This document shows, one piece after another, positions 1 to 12,684 of a stretch of DNA of 64,000 bases. The stretch is from Malacoraja senta (Eukaryota): positions 12,154,001 to 12,218,000 of the forward strand of contig CM075992.1 in NCBI GenBank assembly GCA_038087875.1, in the 5' to 3' direction. The notes beneath the pieces are model-generated. The model ran no database searches. It was not told the DNA's origin and saw only the letters and a list, made by a program, of their open reading frames with translations. Each line of letters begins with the position of its first letter. Position 1 is the first letter of the stretch. Position numbers and translations under genes: made by a program.

Positions 1-129
1 TTGCCTCCCCCAGGAGATCACGCGGTTCTTGGGGTGGAGAGGGGTGATAGCAATATAAAGGGGAGGGTAGTGTCTTGTGTTCTGTGTCTTGTGTCTACTG
101 TTTGTGGGTAAGGGTGTCTGTTTAGTGTT

Positions 130-216
130 CAGCCATGAGCGAATGGCGGTGCGGGCTCGATGGGCCTGGTGGTCTACTCTCGCACCTACTTTCTATGTTT
201 CTATGTTTCTATGTTT
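130..216 (+). mobile_element. CR1 LINE 3' end with (TTTCTATG)n tail
   Basis: cagccatga..gaatggcggtg..ggctcga..gggcc followed by tttctatg repeats; the same 3' end terminates the CR1 copies at ~19950 and ~33760. Confidence 0.7.
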
Positions 217-3070
217 CCAAAGTTAGAGTTGAAGGAACAAGAGGAATTGGGTGCACAAATCTCAATTAAGGAATTAGAAGATACAATAAACTCACTAAAG
301 AATGGAAAAACACCAGGTCCTGATGGATTTACTAATGAATTTTATAAAGCTTCTATGACAAAATTATACCAAGATTACAAAAAATGTACCAATATGCTTT
401 AAAAAAACAAATACTACCTGATACATTAGCGGAATCAACGATTACACTAATACTTAAGAAACACAAAGATATAGAAGAACCGGGTTCTTATAGAGCTATA
501 GCATTGTTAAACACAGATCAAAAAATATTAGCGAAAACATTAGCTAGAAGATTAAGTAAATATATTAGTAAACTAATAAACCCAGATCAGAGGGGGTTTA
601 TCCCTAAGAGATATTCATCTAACAATATGAGACGTTTACTCAACATAATGCACTCACATAAATCTGAAGAACAAGAATTATCATTTATTTCGCTGGATGC
701 TGAAAAAGCATTTGACCAAGTAGAATGGAATTATATGGATAAAGTATTACAAAAATTCCAACTGGGAGAGAATTTTATTCTATGGATTAAATTATTATAT
801 AATAAACCTACAGCTAGAATATTAACTAATAACAATTATCCTCGAAATTTCAACTATCAAGGGGAAATAGACAAGGATGCTCATTATCACCACAGTTTGT
901 TTGCTCTTATTATTGAACCGTTAGCAGAAAAAATTAGAATACATCCTGATATCCATGGGTATAATACTAAAGATTCAAATAATAAAATATCTTTATACGC
1001 GGATGATATATTACTGTACATTACAAAACCTCAAATCACTATACCAAATAATATTAAATTTAATTGAAGACTTTGGATCTTTATCTGAATACAGAATAAA
1101 TTGGAATAAAAGTGAAATTATGTCAATAAAACCGAAAGACTCAACACATCTTTTAAAATTCCCTTTTAAAATAGCTACAGAAAAATTTTAATACTTGGGA
1201 ATCGAAATTACTACAACATATCAAGGTATGTTTAATGCAAATTTTGATCCTCTGCTTAATAATTAAACACACTAATTAAATTTTGGAAAACGCTCCCGAT
1301 GTCTTTAATAGGCCGAATAATTGCAATAAAAATGATCTTTCTACCAAATTTTATACCTATTTCAATCGATTCCTATATACTTACCAAAAGAAGTTTTTTT
1401 TTTTAATTGGACTCGGATATCACTAATTTTATATGGGACCATAAATCACATAGAATACAAAAAAACTCACTTGAATAAACCTAAAGTAGTAGGGGTTTAG
1501 CACTACCTAATTTCATGTATTATTATTGGTCAGTAAATATTAAAAATATGATTCAACTGATGGATAACTCTGCCCAGCAAGTGGACTGGATTGTAATGGA
1601 GAGAGAGGATTGCTCCTCTGGAAACTTTGGAGCGATCCTCCTCTCACCAATGAAACTGAATAACATAAATTATAATAAGAACCCAATTATACATAGCACA
1701 ATCCGAATTTGGAAACAAATAAAACAAAATTTAAAAATTAAGAATTTATCACTTTTATCTCCCATAGTTAATAATCCTTCGTTTAATCCCTCTATTATAG
1801 ATACATCTTTCACACACTGGGATAGACTAGGAATTAAAACGTTCGGTGACTTGTATGAAACTGGAAAATTACTTTCATTTCAACAATTACAAAGAAAATA
1901 TAAACTCGGAAATAATCAATATTTTAAATATTTTCAAATATGCGACTATTTGAAAAAATATATAAAAGATCATTATAATAGCCAGCAGATGTATTGGATG
2001 ATGCAATGCAGATAAAAGCGGAATCAGCAAACTTAATATCATATTTGTATAATATTATCTTAAATGTAGAAATACCATCTACGGAGGGGAGGGTATCAGA
2101 AGAGACTGGGAACAAGAATTAGCTATTAAAATTTCAAAGGAAAGGTGGAATGAACACTTATTAAATGTGCATAAATGTTCGATTAATGTAAGACACACTT
2201 TAATACAATTTAAAATTGTACATAGATTATATTATTCCAAAACTAAAATCCATAAAATATTCCCAAATGTATCATCCATTTGTGATAAATGTCAATCTCA
2301 AGAAACTACTACAGCGCACTCATTTGTTTTCTGTACCAAAATTCAAAAATTTTGGATTGAAATTTTTGAAATCTTTACAAAATTATTTAAAATAAAACTG
2401 ATACCCAAAGCAGAATGGATTATCTTCGGAATAACGGAAGATGGTCCAGAACTAAATGTGTTCCTAAAGAAATTAATAGACTATGGGTTAATAACTGGAA
2501 AAAAGCTAATCCTAAAATTTTGGAAAAGGCTCCAATACCAACTGTAAACATGTGGATTTCAAATATGTTCGAAACATTACACCTAGAAGAAGTAAGACTC
2601 CTCCTGACAGGTAAACCAGATCACTTCCACCTGACGTGGTCTGCATTTATAGAATTATTACAAATATAGGGTGCAAAAGTACCTTAAAAAAAACTGAGGT
2701 CAGGTATGGGGGGATGAAAGTTGGAGAGTTGGTATGTCCCATTTGCGTGATGCTTACAAAAACTATTTGTTTTTCTCTTTTCCCTCTTTCTCTCTCTTCT
2801 TCTTTTCAAGGGTCTATTTCTAAACTCTTTTTCTTTTGTTTTTAATTTCGTTCTTATAGGGTCTTCGTTCTTTCTTGTTGGCACGTTTTTTTACACTTTC
2901 ACCTTTTCCTTCACTTTCTTCTTTCTCTCAATCTCATCCTTTCCCTTTATTAGTGTAAAAAACAAACGTAGTACATTAATTGTAAGAAGATATATGTGAT
3001 GAGTACTAATGTATGTGGTTGTAATGTAATGTACTTCTAATAAATTAAAAAAAAAAAAAAATTAAAAAAA
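212..3070 (+). mobile_element. 5'-truncated L1 LINE: frameshifted ORF2 (RT and C-terminal CCHC region), T-rich 3' UTR, poly(A)
   Basis: ORF fragments KTPGPDGF, SYRAIALLNTDQKILAK, SLDAEKAFD, SLYADDILLY, CDKCQ..HSFVFC; AATAAA then A-tail at ~3040-3070; same family as 22164-24219. Confidence 0.93.
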
Positions 3071-4395
3071 GAGTCGATGGAGGGGGCAGATCTGATGGGA
3101 AAGGGGATGCTGTTCCACAGTCTAGGAGCTGCAGCCGCAAAGGCCCAGTCGCTCCTGAGCTTATGCCTAGACCGTGCGATATTCAGCAACCCCAAGTCGG
3201 CCGATCTGAGGGGCCTGGAGGTGGAGTGGTGGATGAGAAGACTTTTTATGTAGGTGGGGGCTAGCCCATTGAGGGCTTTGTCGACATGGAGGAGGATCTT
3301 GAAGTTTATACGGAACCGCACAGGGTGCCAGTGGAGAGAGGCCAGGATCGGGGTGATGTGGTCCCTTTTTCGGGTGCCCGTCAGGAGTCTCGCTGCGGCG
3401 TTTTGGACCAGTTGCAGGCGGGACAGGGAAGATTGGCTGATGCCAGTGTAAAGGGAGTTGCAGTAATCTAGGCGGGAGGAGATGAATGTGTGGATGATCT
3501 TTTCCAGGTCATCAAACTGGAGGAATTGTTTTATTTTAGCTATCGTCCGAAGCTGAAAGAAGCTAGCTTTTACCACGGCATTGACTTGTTTGTCAAATTT
3601 CAGTGCTGAGTCAAATATCACGCCAAGGTTTTTGACGTGAGGTTTGAGTAGTGGGGTAAGGCTTCCAAGGCTGCCTGCTATCATTTTGATTGAGTCCGAG
3701 GGGCCGAGAAGGATGACCTCAGACTTACTCTCGTTTAGTTGGAGGAAGTTCTGGGCTATCCAACACTTTATATCCTCGAGGCAGTGGGTAAGGTTAAACA
3801 GATTTGATTTTTTTTTTTGCTTCAGGGGGCGGTAGAGTTGTGTATCGTCTGCTTAGCAATGGAAGGAAATGCTGTGCCTTTCAATGACTTGGCCTAAGGG
3901 GAGCATATACAGGGAGAAGAGAATGGGGCCAAGGATGGAACCTTGTGGAACCCCACAGCAGAGATTAACTGGGGAGGAGAATGAGTTGCCTATGTTAGTC
4001 GAGAAACTCCTACCTTTGAGGTAGGAGATGAACCAGCTCAGGTTAGTGCCATCAATACCAACCCCGTACCGGAGACGGTCAATTAGGATGGTGTGGTCGA
4101 CAGAATCAAATGTTGCGCTGAGGTCAAGAAGGAGCAAAATTGCACAGTCGCTGGAGTCAACGGTGAGCAGTAGGTCATTGTGTACCTTCAGCAAGGCAGA
4201 CTCTGTGCTATGGTGAGCCCTGAAACCTGATTGGAAAGTTTCCAAGATAGTGTTTTGGTGAAGGTAAGGTATAAGTTGACTTAACATTACCTTTTCAAGG
4301 GCTTTTGAGAGGAAAGGCAGTTTAGAAATGAGTCTGTAGTTGCTTGGCAAGGTGGGGTCGAGGTTTAGTTTTTTGAGGAGTGGTTGGACCACCGT
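3071..4395 (-). mobile_element. L2 LINE ORF2 RT fragment
   Basis: [73 protein letters not shown]. Confidence 0.9.
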
Positions 4396-5099
4396 CCAAT
4401 TAATTCAGATTAATCCGATTATATCTGAACAGGCTCCCCCCACCTAACTATTCAATTCTCCAAATATGTTCTCTTCCCCAATCTACTTTATCTTCCCTCA
4501 CATTTTATCCCTCATTGTGAGTTCCCTCGAACCCCCTTTTGTAAGCCATAAGACAATTTTTCAAGTACATTCATTTCCCTTACACAACACATGATTCAAC
4601 ACCTTTGTTTGTCTGCAGACAGTAATCTTGCTTCATTTGCATTTTAAAGGACAACCTCTGTTATCACATCAAAACAATCTTTCCCAAAAAGAACTCACTC
4701 AGAATCAGTAATCAACAATACATTTTCTTTTTCTCTGTAATTTTGACATTTCCAATCTCATTTAACACTTTAATTGGGATGTGTCTCTTTTTGAACTTGG
4801 CTCAAAAAATTTATAGCAACCAACACATTTTATCATTCGAGTATAGCTCCGCTCCCCATTCATGGCAGTTTCATAAAGGGACACACCATAACCTGTCTGT
4901 TCATTTGCATTTTAAAGGACAAACTGTTCTTAAAGGGACACACACACATTTATTCATTGCTTCAAATTTCACACATTTCACATACAAAAAACGTTGTTTT
5001 ACAAGCAGTGCATATACAAAAAACATTGTTTTACCAGCAGTATATAATATTTCATCTTCAAAGACGTCTCTTTGTAATTTACTTTCCCTTTTTCTGACA

Positions 5100-6140
5100 A
5101 GACTTCTGTTTACCAGAAAAGCTGCCATGTTTTATTAGCTCAGACATTCCCCAGGGAGACTGATGCTCTGTCGGGTCACTTATATAGTCATTGCAGTGGG
5201 TGGACTGAGGTATAGTATTTTTGTTGAAGCGAGAGAGTTAAGTTTGAAAAACTCGTACGCTGTGATAGGGCAATGATCCAGATCGTGATTAGTCAGACTC
5301 CCCATGACTTTTCAGTCTCCCTACCCTATCCTCATTTCTCCACCGAATTTTCCTTCATCCCCAATATTTTTAGAACATAGTTGCTTGTCCGAAAAAGGAT
5401 TCCCCCAGGGTAATTTTGTTTTGCGCAATATCTTCCCCCTCTTTTTTTTAAAAAAACTTGTCGCTTCATTTTGCGACCCAATCCTTTGCTTTTTTTTCTC
5501 TTTTCTGTCTGTCCACCAACTGCAACAGTTTCCAACCTCTTCAACTCTATTTCTGCTTTATCATTCCCTCCTTACCAGCATGGGTAAGGTAGTGAATATA
5601 TTAGTAAGACAAGTAAAAATGCATCGTATACACAAACTTGTCCAAGCGGGGTGAGCTGAATCAATGGCACAGTCCTCTCGTTTCCATAGTTGTTTTTGGA
5701 TATTAGAGGCGTCCCTCTGGAATGTACATACCTCCCTCATGTTTGGCAGGACCATTTTATTTGCTAGCATCTGTTTACCTGCTGTCACTACGCATTTGGA
5801 TGCATAGGCCGCTTGTTTAGATACACTATCGGCAAACTCATTGTGTTTGGTTATCGGGTCCCCAGCACCAGTGTGGACAGCACATTTAATAATGGACAGC
5901 TGTTCTGGGAGCATCTATGCCTCAAGCATGTTACGCACAGAAAGGGCATGCCCGTGCTCCCAATTCTGTGTAGCTTTGTAAGGTCGGAACTTCGAGGTAT
6001 AGGGATGTTACTGACGGAGCTTGTATAGGTAAGGATGCCATCGCTACTGGTACTACGTAGGGAGGTGGACATCTCCCAGGATTATCTAAATCCTTATCTT
6101 CACTATCAAACAGGGTCGCCGTGCCAGACATGAAGTCTCC
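5100..6140 (-). mobile_element. Degraded endogenous retrovirus/LTR element: RNase H, integrase zinc-finger remnant, probable PPT and start of 3' LTR
   Basis: IIKCAVHTGAGDPITKHNEFADSVSKQAA (RNase H C-terminus); IHYLTHAGKEGMIK and CAKQN (HHCC-like); purine tract gagaaatgaggatagggtagggagac then TG at 5314, with TATATAA (~5183) and AATAAA (~5133) downstream on the - strand. Confidence 0.6.
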
Positions 6141-9100
6141 TCGATGAGCGATTACGTGAAGGCCGCCAACACGCATGCGCGTCAATCTTCAAAGCAGCGG
6201 TGTGAAATCACAGAATAACAGTTATTGAACTAAAATAGTAAGATTAGAGCTGACTGGAACTTCCAGAAAGATCTTTATGTTATGAGGGTCGGGAGCGGAG
6301 GGCACGTAATCGCTCATCGTAACTCCTCATTAAATAAAGATCAAACTTCAAACTGGTAAGTTCTTGTTTAATCTTACTATTTTACTTCAGAGTCATGTGA
6401 GTGACTACGTGAAGATTTTGAAGCTCTGTGATTTCATGCCGTGGAAAACGAGTCCATGCATCACACACGGCATCAATTGACCAGGATGAGTGAGAAAAGA
6501 ATTAATGCATTCAAACATGACATGAATAAAAAATGATGATGCTTTAATAACAAAAGAAAATTAACAGTGACCCCTCTCACCCAGGGGGAAACTGTGAAAC
6601 AGAACTTAAAACAGAACTAGCAAAAGTCCCAGGTCTGGTGATAGGCTTGTTATAAAACCTTTGGTATGTCCGCTCATTAGACCATCCCGCTAGAATGAGG
6701 TCGAGAGGGATGTCCATATTTCTTGCTGCTGACATCGATGCAGCCCTGGTGGAATGAGGTTTAAAAGTGTCAGTGTCCACTCCTGCACAGGCCAGAACCT
6801 GTTTAATCCACCTAGAGATGGTCTGCACTGTAAGCTTTCTATGAGGTTTGGTATAACTAACGAATAAGGATAACTCTGAGCCTCTGAGGCTCTTCGTGAC
6901 TTTAACGTATTGAAGTATGTGTGATACCACACACAACCGTAAGTCTGAAGGATAAGCCATAAAACTCAATTTAAGCCCCAACACCTCTGGCCTGCTCTGC
7001 TTAATGAGATCCTGAACTAAAACGGTGATGTTATTACAAGACGTAACCATGCTGTCCAGTCTAAGTTTATTTAACGTCTGGACCCGTTGTGCTGAGGCCA
7101 GCGCCATGAGCATGACTACCTTAAGTGTAAGATGATGCAGAGACAGAGATGAAGCTGGTGCCCACAGACGGACCAGCGTGAGGACCACGCTCACATCCCA
7201 TATTTGTGAATACCTGGGCCTAGGGGGAGTAGAGTTAAAAATGCCCTTCATAAACTTTGTTATTAAGGGGTGAGATCCTACAGTGTGGTTCCCTGACCCC
7301 AGCCATAAATAAGATGACAAAGCGCTCCTGGCCCTATTTATGGCACTGTAACTGAGTTTCTGATCATAGAAAAGGGACGAAAGAACTTCCAAAACGTCCG
7401 TGATGGAGGCCGTGTCATATGAAATATTTGACCGGGAACAGTACATCTCCCATTTCCTTATGTGAGTGATGTACTGTTTCTGGGTGCTCTTCCTCCAGGC
7501 CGCAGTGATCACATCTATCATACGATCTGAAATCCCGAGCCCCAGGAACGGTCTCCTCAGAATCTGCAAACCAATAGATTTATACGGTCATGAAGAAGGT
7601 GACTTTCCCCTGTCACAGTGTGTACCAGCAGATTTCTGCTTTTCGAAACTGTCATAAAAGGCTGGGTAATTATAGCTTGGAGGAGTGGGAACCAATGCTG
7701 AGTAGGCCAGTCTGGTACTACCAATATGCCAGAGACTTGATTTTGGCCAAACATCGACTGATGAGGCAGAATGGGGAAAATACATACAAAAATGTCCCAT
7801 CCCAGTTTAGCGAGAATGCATCTACTGCCACTGCCCCTGGGTCTGGTTCCCATGACACGTAATTTGGTAAATGATGATTAAGCCTGGATACAAACAGGCA
7901 ATGTCCGGTACACCATAACAAATGACAATGTCATTAAATACTTCGTGATTCAACATCCATTCTTTGTTGTCATTGAATTCTTGTGACCTGGTGTCTGCCA
8001 CCATGTTATACCTACCTGGTAAATAGATAGCTGAAACCCAGATGTTTCTCGTAATACACCAGTGCCAAATGATATTAGACAATTTATCACAGGATACAGA
8101 CATAATTCCACCCATGTGATTAATGTATGCTACTGCTGTAGTGTTGTCAATCTGAAGTTGAACATGCACATAATGCATGTTGGTACAATAAGCCTTTAAC
8201 CCATAAAGTGCTCCCAACAACTTTAAGTAGTTAATACCGTGTGACTGAAGCATCGATGATTTCTGCAGATCCCATCTGCCACCGCAGCTAGAGACAGTGT
8301 TGGTAGCATCCCAACCTAGTGCACTGGCATCAGTTTGCAGGATAACTGATGGTGTATCAACTAAAATAGTACTAGAACAATACTGAATATTGGTAACCCA
8401 CCATTGTAACTCAGCAATGGCTTCAGCTGGCACCTGCATGGGTCTATCGAAGTGACCTCTGTGCAGCTTAAGTGCCTGCTCCTTTGCACGCTGTAAGTTT
8501 TGGTAGTGCAAAGGCCCGAACTGAGCAGCTGGGAAAGCAGCCACTAATTTGCCAATTATACTAGCCACATGTCTAATAGAAGGTTGATTTTTAACAATGA
8601 GTTTCCTGCAGGCTTCAATTAACTCCAATTGCTTGCCCCGAGCCAGAGTCACTGACATGTGCATTGATTTAATGGTGAATCCCAAATAATCAATTATTGT
8701 AGATGGTACCAATTTCGACTAAACTGGATGGATTAAGAACTCCAGCCTCTCAAACATAAGTTTTGTAGCTGACACAGATAATTCAGCTAATTCAAAAGTC
8801 TTTCCAATGATTAAGATGTCATCCAAATATGCCATGACTATGTGATTCTGTGCCCTGAGTAGCCCCAGGACTGGTTTTAGCAATTTTGTGAATAGTCTGG
8901 GGGCTGACGTTAACCCATTAGGCAATGCTTTATACTGCCACAATTGCTCCATCCAGCTAAACTTCAAGAATCTCCTGTGGTCTTCATGAATGGCCACTGA
9001 ATAGTAAGCATCTTTGAGATCAATGCATGCCATGTAGCATCCCTTGGAAACCAGTTGTTTGGCAGTGACAAATGTTTCCATTTTCAAGTGTTTATACTGC

Positions 9101-10741
9101 ATATAGGTGTTAAGCTCAGTTAAATCAAGGATAATTCTACATCCATCCTTCTTTTGCCTCGTAAATATGTTGGACACAAACTCGTGAGGCTCACGACTCG
9201 ACCTCTCAATTACCCCTTTCTTGAGTAAAGAGTCAATTTCCCCTTGTGCACTCATACACTCCTGTTGTGAAAAAACAAAAGTGCAACTAGGTGTATGCTG
9301 AGTGGGTGGAGGAGAGTCGGAAAGGAACTCAATTTGGAAACCTTGTATACTGCGCAGTATAAACGGGTCAGATGACATCCAATGCCATTCATGTAAGACA
9401 AATTGTAATCTCCCCCCAACTTGCAATTGATCCACCGCAGACTCACTTACCTCAGTGGTTACCGGCGGTATGGTCTCTACTTCTGCCCCCGAGGTCTGGG
9501 GGTTAGAGCTGTTGGAGGGCACCATCCCCGCATCTTGAACATGGCCTTGGCCCTGCCCTAAAAATGGCTTCTGTGTCTGTACGGAATGTCCACCATATCC
9601 GGCGAACCCTCTGGTGTGGAGAGGAGGGTAGGGATACTGTTGCCGGAAAGATGAGACCTTGGGAGGTGCTTAAATAAGGCCGATGGTTTTAACCTCCTCA
9701 TCCAGCTCCTTTACCTGCTTAGGCAAGTCTTCTCCGAACAGGAGGTTAGGGGTTTGGACATTCCCCGGCTTGCACAGCCCAGCAAATGTTGGGTTCAGAG
9801 CAGGACGGATGGCATTCTTACGGAGGCAATTGATTTCAAAATGTGCATTGCACATTAATGCCATCGCATCCTGCTGGGTATCAGAGAGGGCCCCCCATCA
9901 ACTGACCTGGCAAAGGCCGTGATGTCTGAGGCAAGTAGTCTTAGAACTTTTTGAAGTTTAACCTCTTGGGCTCTGACGCCCGCTCCAATGTGTCCCCAGA
10001 TGGAATGGTTTACTACCGGGATACTTAATGAGGCACAGTTCAATGGGGTACTATATTTGGCAGTGGTTTCCTCCATAGTTTGGTCTTGGAGTTGATGGGA
10101 GGTCAGATAATTAATACTCATAGCGAGGGATAGCAACTTTGGATGCCATAGTGGGTACACCCGAGGTTTGCCCCTCATGCCATGAAGCATGCTGCCCAGC
10201 TGTGCCTCCGTATTCTGGGTCAGTATAACACTGGCCTCGTATGCTCCCTTCATCCGAGAGGGAGATATTATGCAGCCCTGACACAGGTGCCGCTGCCTCG
10301 GGTTCTCCGTAATACCGGGCTCAGATAGCTCCCTCCTTCGGACCATATCACTTTGGAGCAACCTCTCCACCAGGTTCTCCATGTGGGTCAGCCTGCCAAT
10401 AACGCTGCCAATAGAAGGAGGGGAAATTTCCACCTCCTGGCCCGACTCATCGGAGTCCAGGGCCCTAACAGACTTTTTAGTGGTTTTCTTCCCCCGCGGC
10501 GTAGCCAAGGTGCTTTCTGGCTGCACCAAGTCTGTAGCCGCTGGCTCTTGTGCTGGCGACCCTGAAGGCGAAATCGGGTGTCTCCCGCTAACCGCAGGCC
10601 CGCGGTCTTAAACTTACCGCTGGCAGGAATGACGTGCCCACCAGTCAGGCATTGCGCAATGCGTCAGACGTATTGACGCGCCTGCGTGTTGGCAGCCTTC
10701 ACGGCCTTCACGTAGTCACTCACGAGACTCCGAAGTAAAAT
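6140..10741 (-). mobile_element. DIRS1-type tyrosine-recombinase retrotransposon, near full length (gag, RT, RNase H, methyltransferase-like, YR), extreme 3' terminus lost
   Basis: RT DLKDAYY..LPNGL..YLDD (8719-9525); RH TDASALGW, DNTTAVAYIN (7822-8712); YR HSTRAAS..AGWS..FYN (6577-7569); inverted terminal repeats (6152-6186 vs 10673-10703) and an internal complementary region at 6300-6415. Confidence 0.95.
6577..7569 (-). CDS. DIRS1 tyrosine recombinase (phage integrase family), 330-aa open frame
   Basis: Catalytic-type motifs R (SAQRV), HxxR (HSTR), W (AGWS) and Y (RFYN); N-terminal SAM-like region AAWRKSTQKQY. Confidence 0.85.
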   Translation of the reverse strand: MQILRRPFLGLGISDRMIDVITAAWRKSTQKQYITHIRKWEMYCSRSNISYDTASITDVLEVLSSLFYDQKLSYSAINRARSALSSYLWLGSGNHTVGSHPLITKFMKGIFNSTPPRPRYSQIWDVSVVLTLVRLWAPASSLSLHHLTLKVVMLMALASAQRVQTLNKLRLDSMVTSCNNITVLVQDLIKQSRPEVLGLKLSFMAYPSDLRLCVVSHILQYVKVTKSLRGSELSLFVSYTKPHRKLTVQTISRWIKQVLACAGVDTDTFKPHSTRAASMSAARNMDIPLDLILAGWSNERTYQRFYNKPITRPGTFASSVLSSVSQFPPG

Positions 10742-11485
10742 GGGAATACTTATTCAATATACTTGAAAAATTTAAGATTGGTCCAAAATTTATTTCTTGG
10801 ATCAAGCTAATATATCATATACCTCAGGCTTCTGTACTAAAAGGCCTGTCTCACGAGTCTGCGGTCATTGGCGGCGAAACGGGAAGAATCTGCCGCCATA
10901 GACCGCGCACTCGTGAGAAAGTACAATTCCCGGGCCGTGCGGCGGTGTTCCCAACACCGCGCGGTCCTAAAATAAAATCGACAATGTCGAAAACCATATA
11001 CTCACCGCACAACCTCCACCAGTGATGCACGAGTGCGGCACGGCCGCCCGCACGGGCCGCCGCCAGTGTGGCTCGAGCGCCGTGCGTCAAACCTCCACTG
11101 CCACAGCCGCCGCCAGTGAGGCACGTGCCGCCGCCAGTGAGGCACGTGTGCTGCACGGCCGCAGGCACAGCCACTGCTACAGCGCCGCGATCAGGATGGC
11201 CGCCGCCACAGCTGCCGCTGGTGAGTCACGTGCGGCGGGCCGACGTCATCGCAGTCGGCCCGCCCTTTTTTTACTTACCGCAAGGACGTGGGACCCGCCG
11301 TTTTGAATTAACTCGGCCTCCGCGCAGCATCCGTGCGGCGATCCGGTGGATAGGCTCGACGCTCTCGCCGTTGCCGTGCGGTCCTCGCTACCAGCGACGC
11401 CGCGCTTCACCGCCGATGACCGCAAACAGGTAAGACAGAGCCTTTACTAATAATCAGAGATCCGCTTTGTTCAGGCTCTTTCGTG
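10742..11485 (+). mobile_element. Short L1 RT fragment interrupted by a MITE
   Basis: WEYLFNILEKFKIGPKFISWIKLIYHIPQASVL then TNNQRSALFRLFR, reading through once the insertion is removed. Confidence 0.8.
10841..11443. mobile_element. GC-rich MITE, PIF/Harbinger-like
   Basis: Imperfect TIRs aaggcctgtctcacgagtctgcggtcattggcggcgaa / rc aggctctgtcttacctgtttgcggtcatcggcggtgaa; 3-bp TWA flanks (TAA 10838-10840, TTA 11444-11446). Confidence 0.75.
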
Positions 11486-11835
11486 CATTTGAATTTGGTG
11501 GCCTTAAATATAGCCAATGAACTGGCCTAGGTATGAACTGGACTGGTATGAGACTGCATTTGAATTTCGTGGCCTTGCACCCTGCTGGAAATGGTATGAG
11601 ACGGCATTTGAATTTGGTGGGCTTGCACCCTGCTGGAAATGGTATGAGACTGCATTTGAATTTGGTGGCCTTGCACCCTGCTCGAAATGGTATGAGATTG
11701 CATTTGAATTTGGTGGCCTTGCACCCTGCTTGAAATGGTACGAGACTGCATTTGAATTTGGTGGCCTTGCAGCCTGCTTGAAATGGTATGGGACAGAATT
11801 TGAATTTGATGGCCTTGCACACTGCTTGAAATGGA
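11484..11835. repeat. 48-bp tandem repeat, about 6-7 units
   Basis: Unit ttgcaccctgctggaaatggtatgagactgcatttgaatttggtggcc. Confidence 0.9.
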
Positions 11836-12011
11836 CAGCAATTGAATACTTTTCCAAGCCTTTCAGGAAATTGGAAACCAACTTGAAGAATTCTGTTGAA
11901 CTTATCTTGCAAAGCTTAATCAAACTCGTGGTGGAACCATCAGCAAATGAAACAATATCCTGTTGGGATAGAGACAGTGCCTTTATCACCACTTGATCAA
12001 CTTTTAAGCAC
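11830..12011 (-). CDS. Candidate exon downstream of the EGF exon (possible stalk/GAIN-A helical region); 3' boundary unknown
   Basis: Acceptor tgttcacag at 12012-12020, phase 2; non-repeat open frame CLKVDQVVIKALSLSQQDIVSFADGSTTSLIKLCKISSTEFFKLVSNFLKGLEKYSIAVHFKQ. Confidence 0.35.
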
Positions 12012-12302
12012 CTGTGAACATGCACTCTAACCATTCCTCTACACCACTCTATATCCTTCAATTTATTGCATATTCTCTTACTCATTTGCAATCATCTCCC
12101 TCCTTCCATCCAATGTACAAGTATAGAAATGCTGTTCAGTGTGGACTTGGTAGGTCGAAGGACCTGTGTCCATGCTGTATCTCTAGTCTAAAAAACAGGC
12201 ACTAAGGCTCAATTTGTTCACGCTGACCAAGTTGCCCCATCGAAGCTAGTCCCATTAATGTACATTTGACCCATGTCCCTCTGAACCTTTCCAGAATGTG
12301 TA

Positions 12303-12580
12303 TTCTACACCCCAGCGGAATGAACCGTAACTTCTCTAACTGCAGGTAGCCCTTGCTCTCTCTCCTTCCCCTCCCCTTCCCTGTCCTCCCACTAGTCCCA
12401 CTGTCTCCACCCACTTTCTTTCTTTGTCCTACCTCCTCCCCTGACATCAGTCTGAAGAAGGGTCTCGACCCGAAACATCACCAATTACTTCTCTCCATAA
12501 ATGCTGCCTCACACGCTGAGTTTCTCCAGCATTTTGTGTCTACCTTCGATTTACCAGCATCTGCAATTCTTTCTTAAACA
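12303..12580 (+). mobile_element. Penelope-like element 3' end/pLTR with hammerhead motif
   Basis: acacccagcggaatgaac..ttctctaac matches the end of the GIY-YIG ORF at ~61580; ctgaagaagggtctcgacccgaaacatc at 12452. Confidence 0.75.
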
Positions 12581-12632
12581 GCTGTGTAATTTGTTTTGTT
12601 CTACAGTAATGTAGGAACAATATGAAACCAAC

Positions 12633-12684
12633 TGACAGGCTGGTCCTTTGCGAATTCTCCACGTTGTGCAACTTCAATTATTTA
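12633..12684 (-). pseudogene. Candidate 52-bp linker exon (phase 1 to 2) containing an in-frame TGA
   Basis: Acceptor ctttcacctctcttacag and donor gttggt; phases link the EGF exon to the 12011 exon: VNN*SCTTWRIRKGPACQ. Confidence 0.35.

Noticed and set aside
6577..7921. Phage integrase plus methylase suggesting a prophage or bacterial contamination
   Set aside because: Both are standard DIRS1 domains, flanked by RT/RH, ITRs and an ICR
11517..11996. + strand Trp/Phe-rich repetitive ORF (WYETAFEFGGLAPC)n
   Set aside because: A consequence of a stop-free 48-bp repeat; no splice or promoter support on this strand
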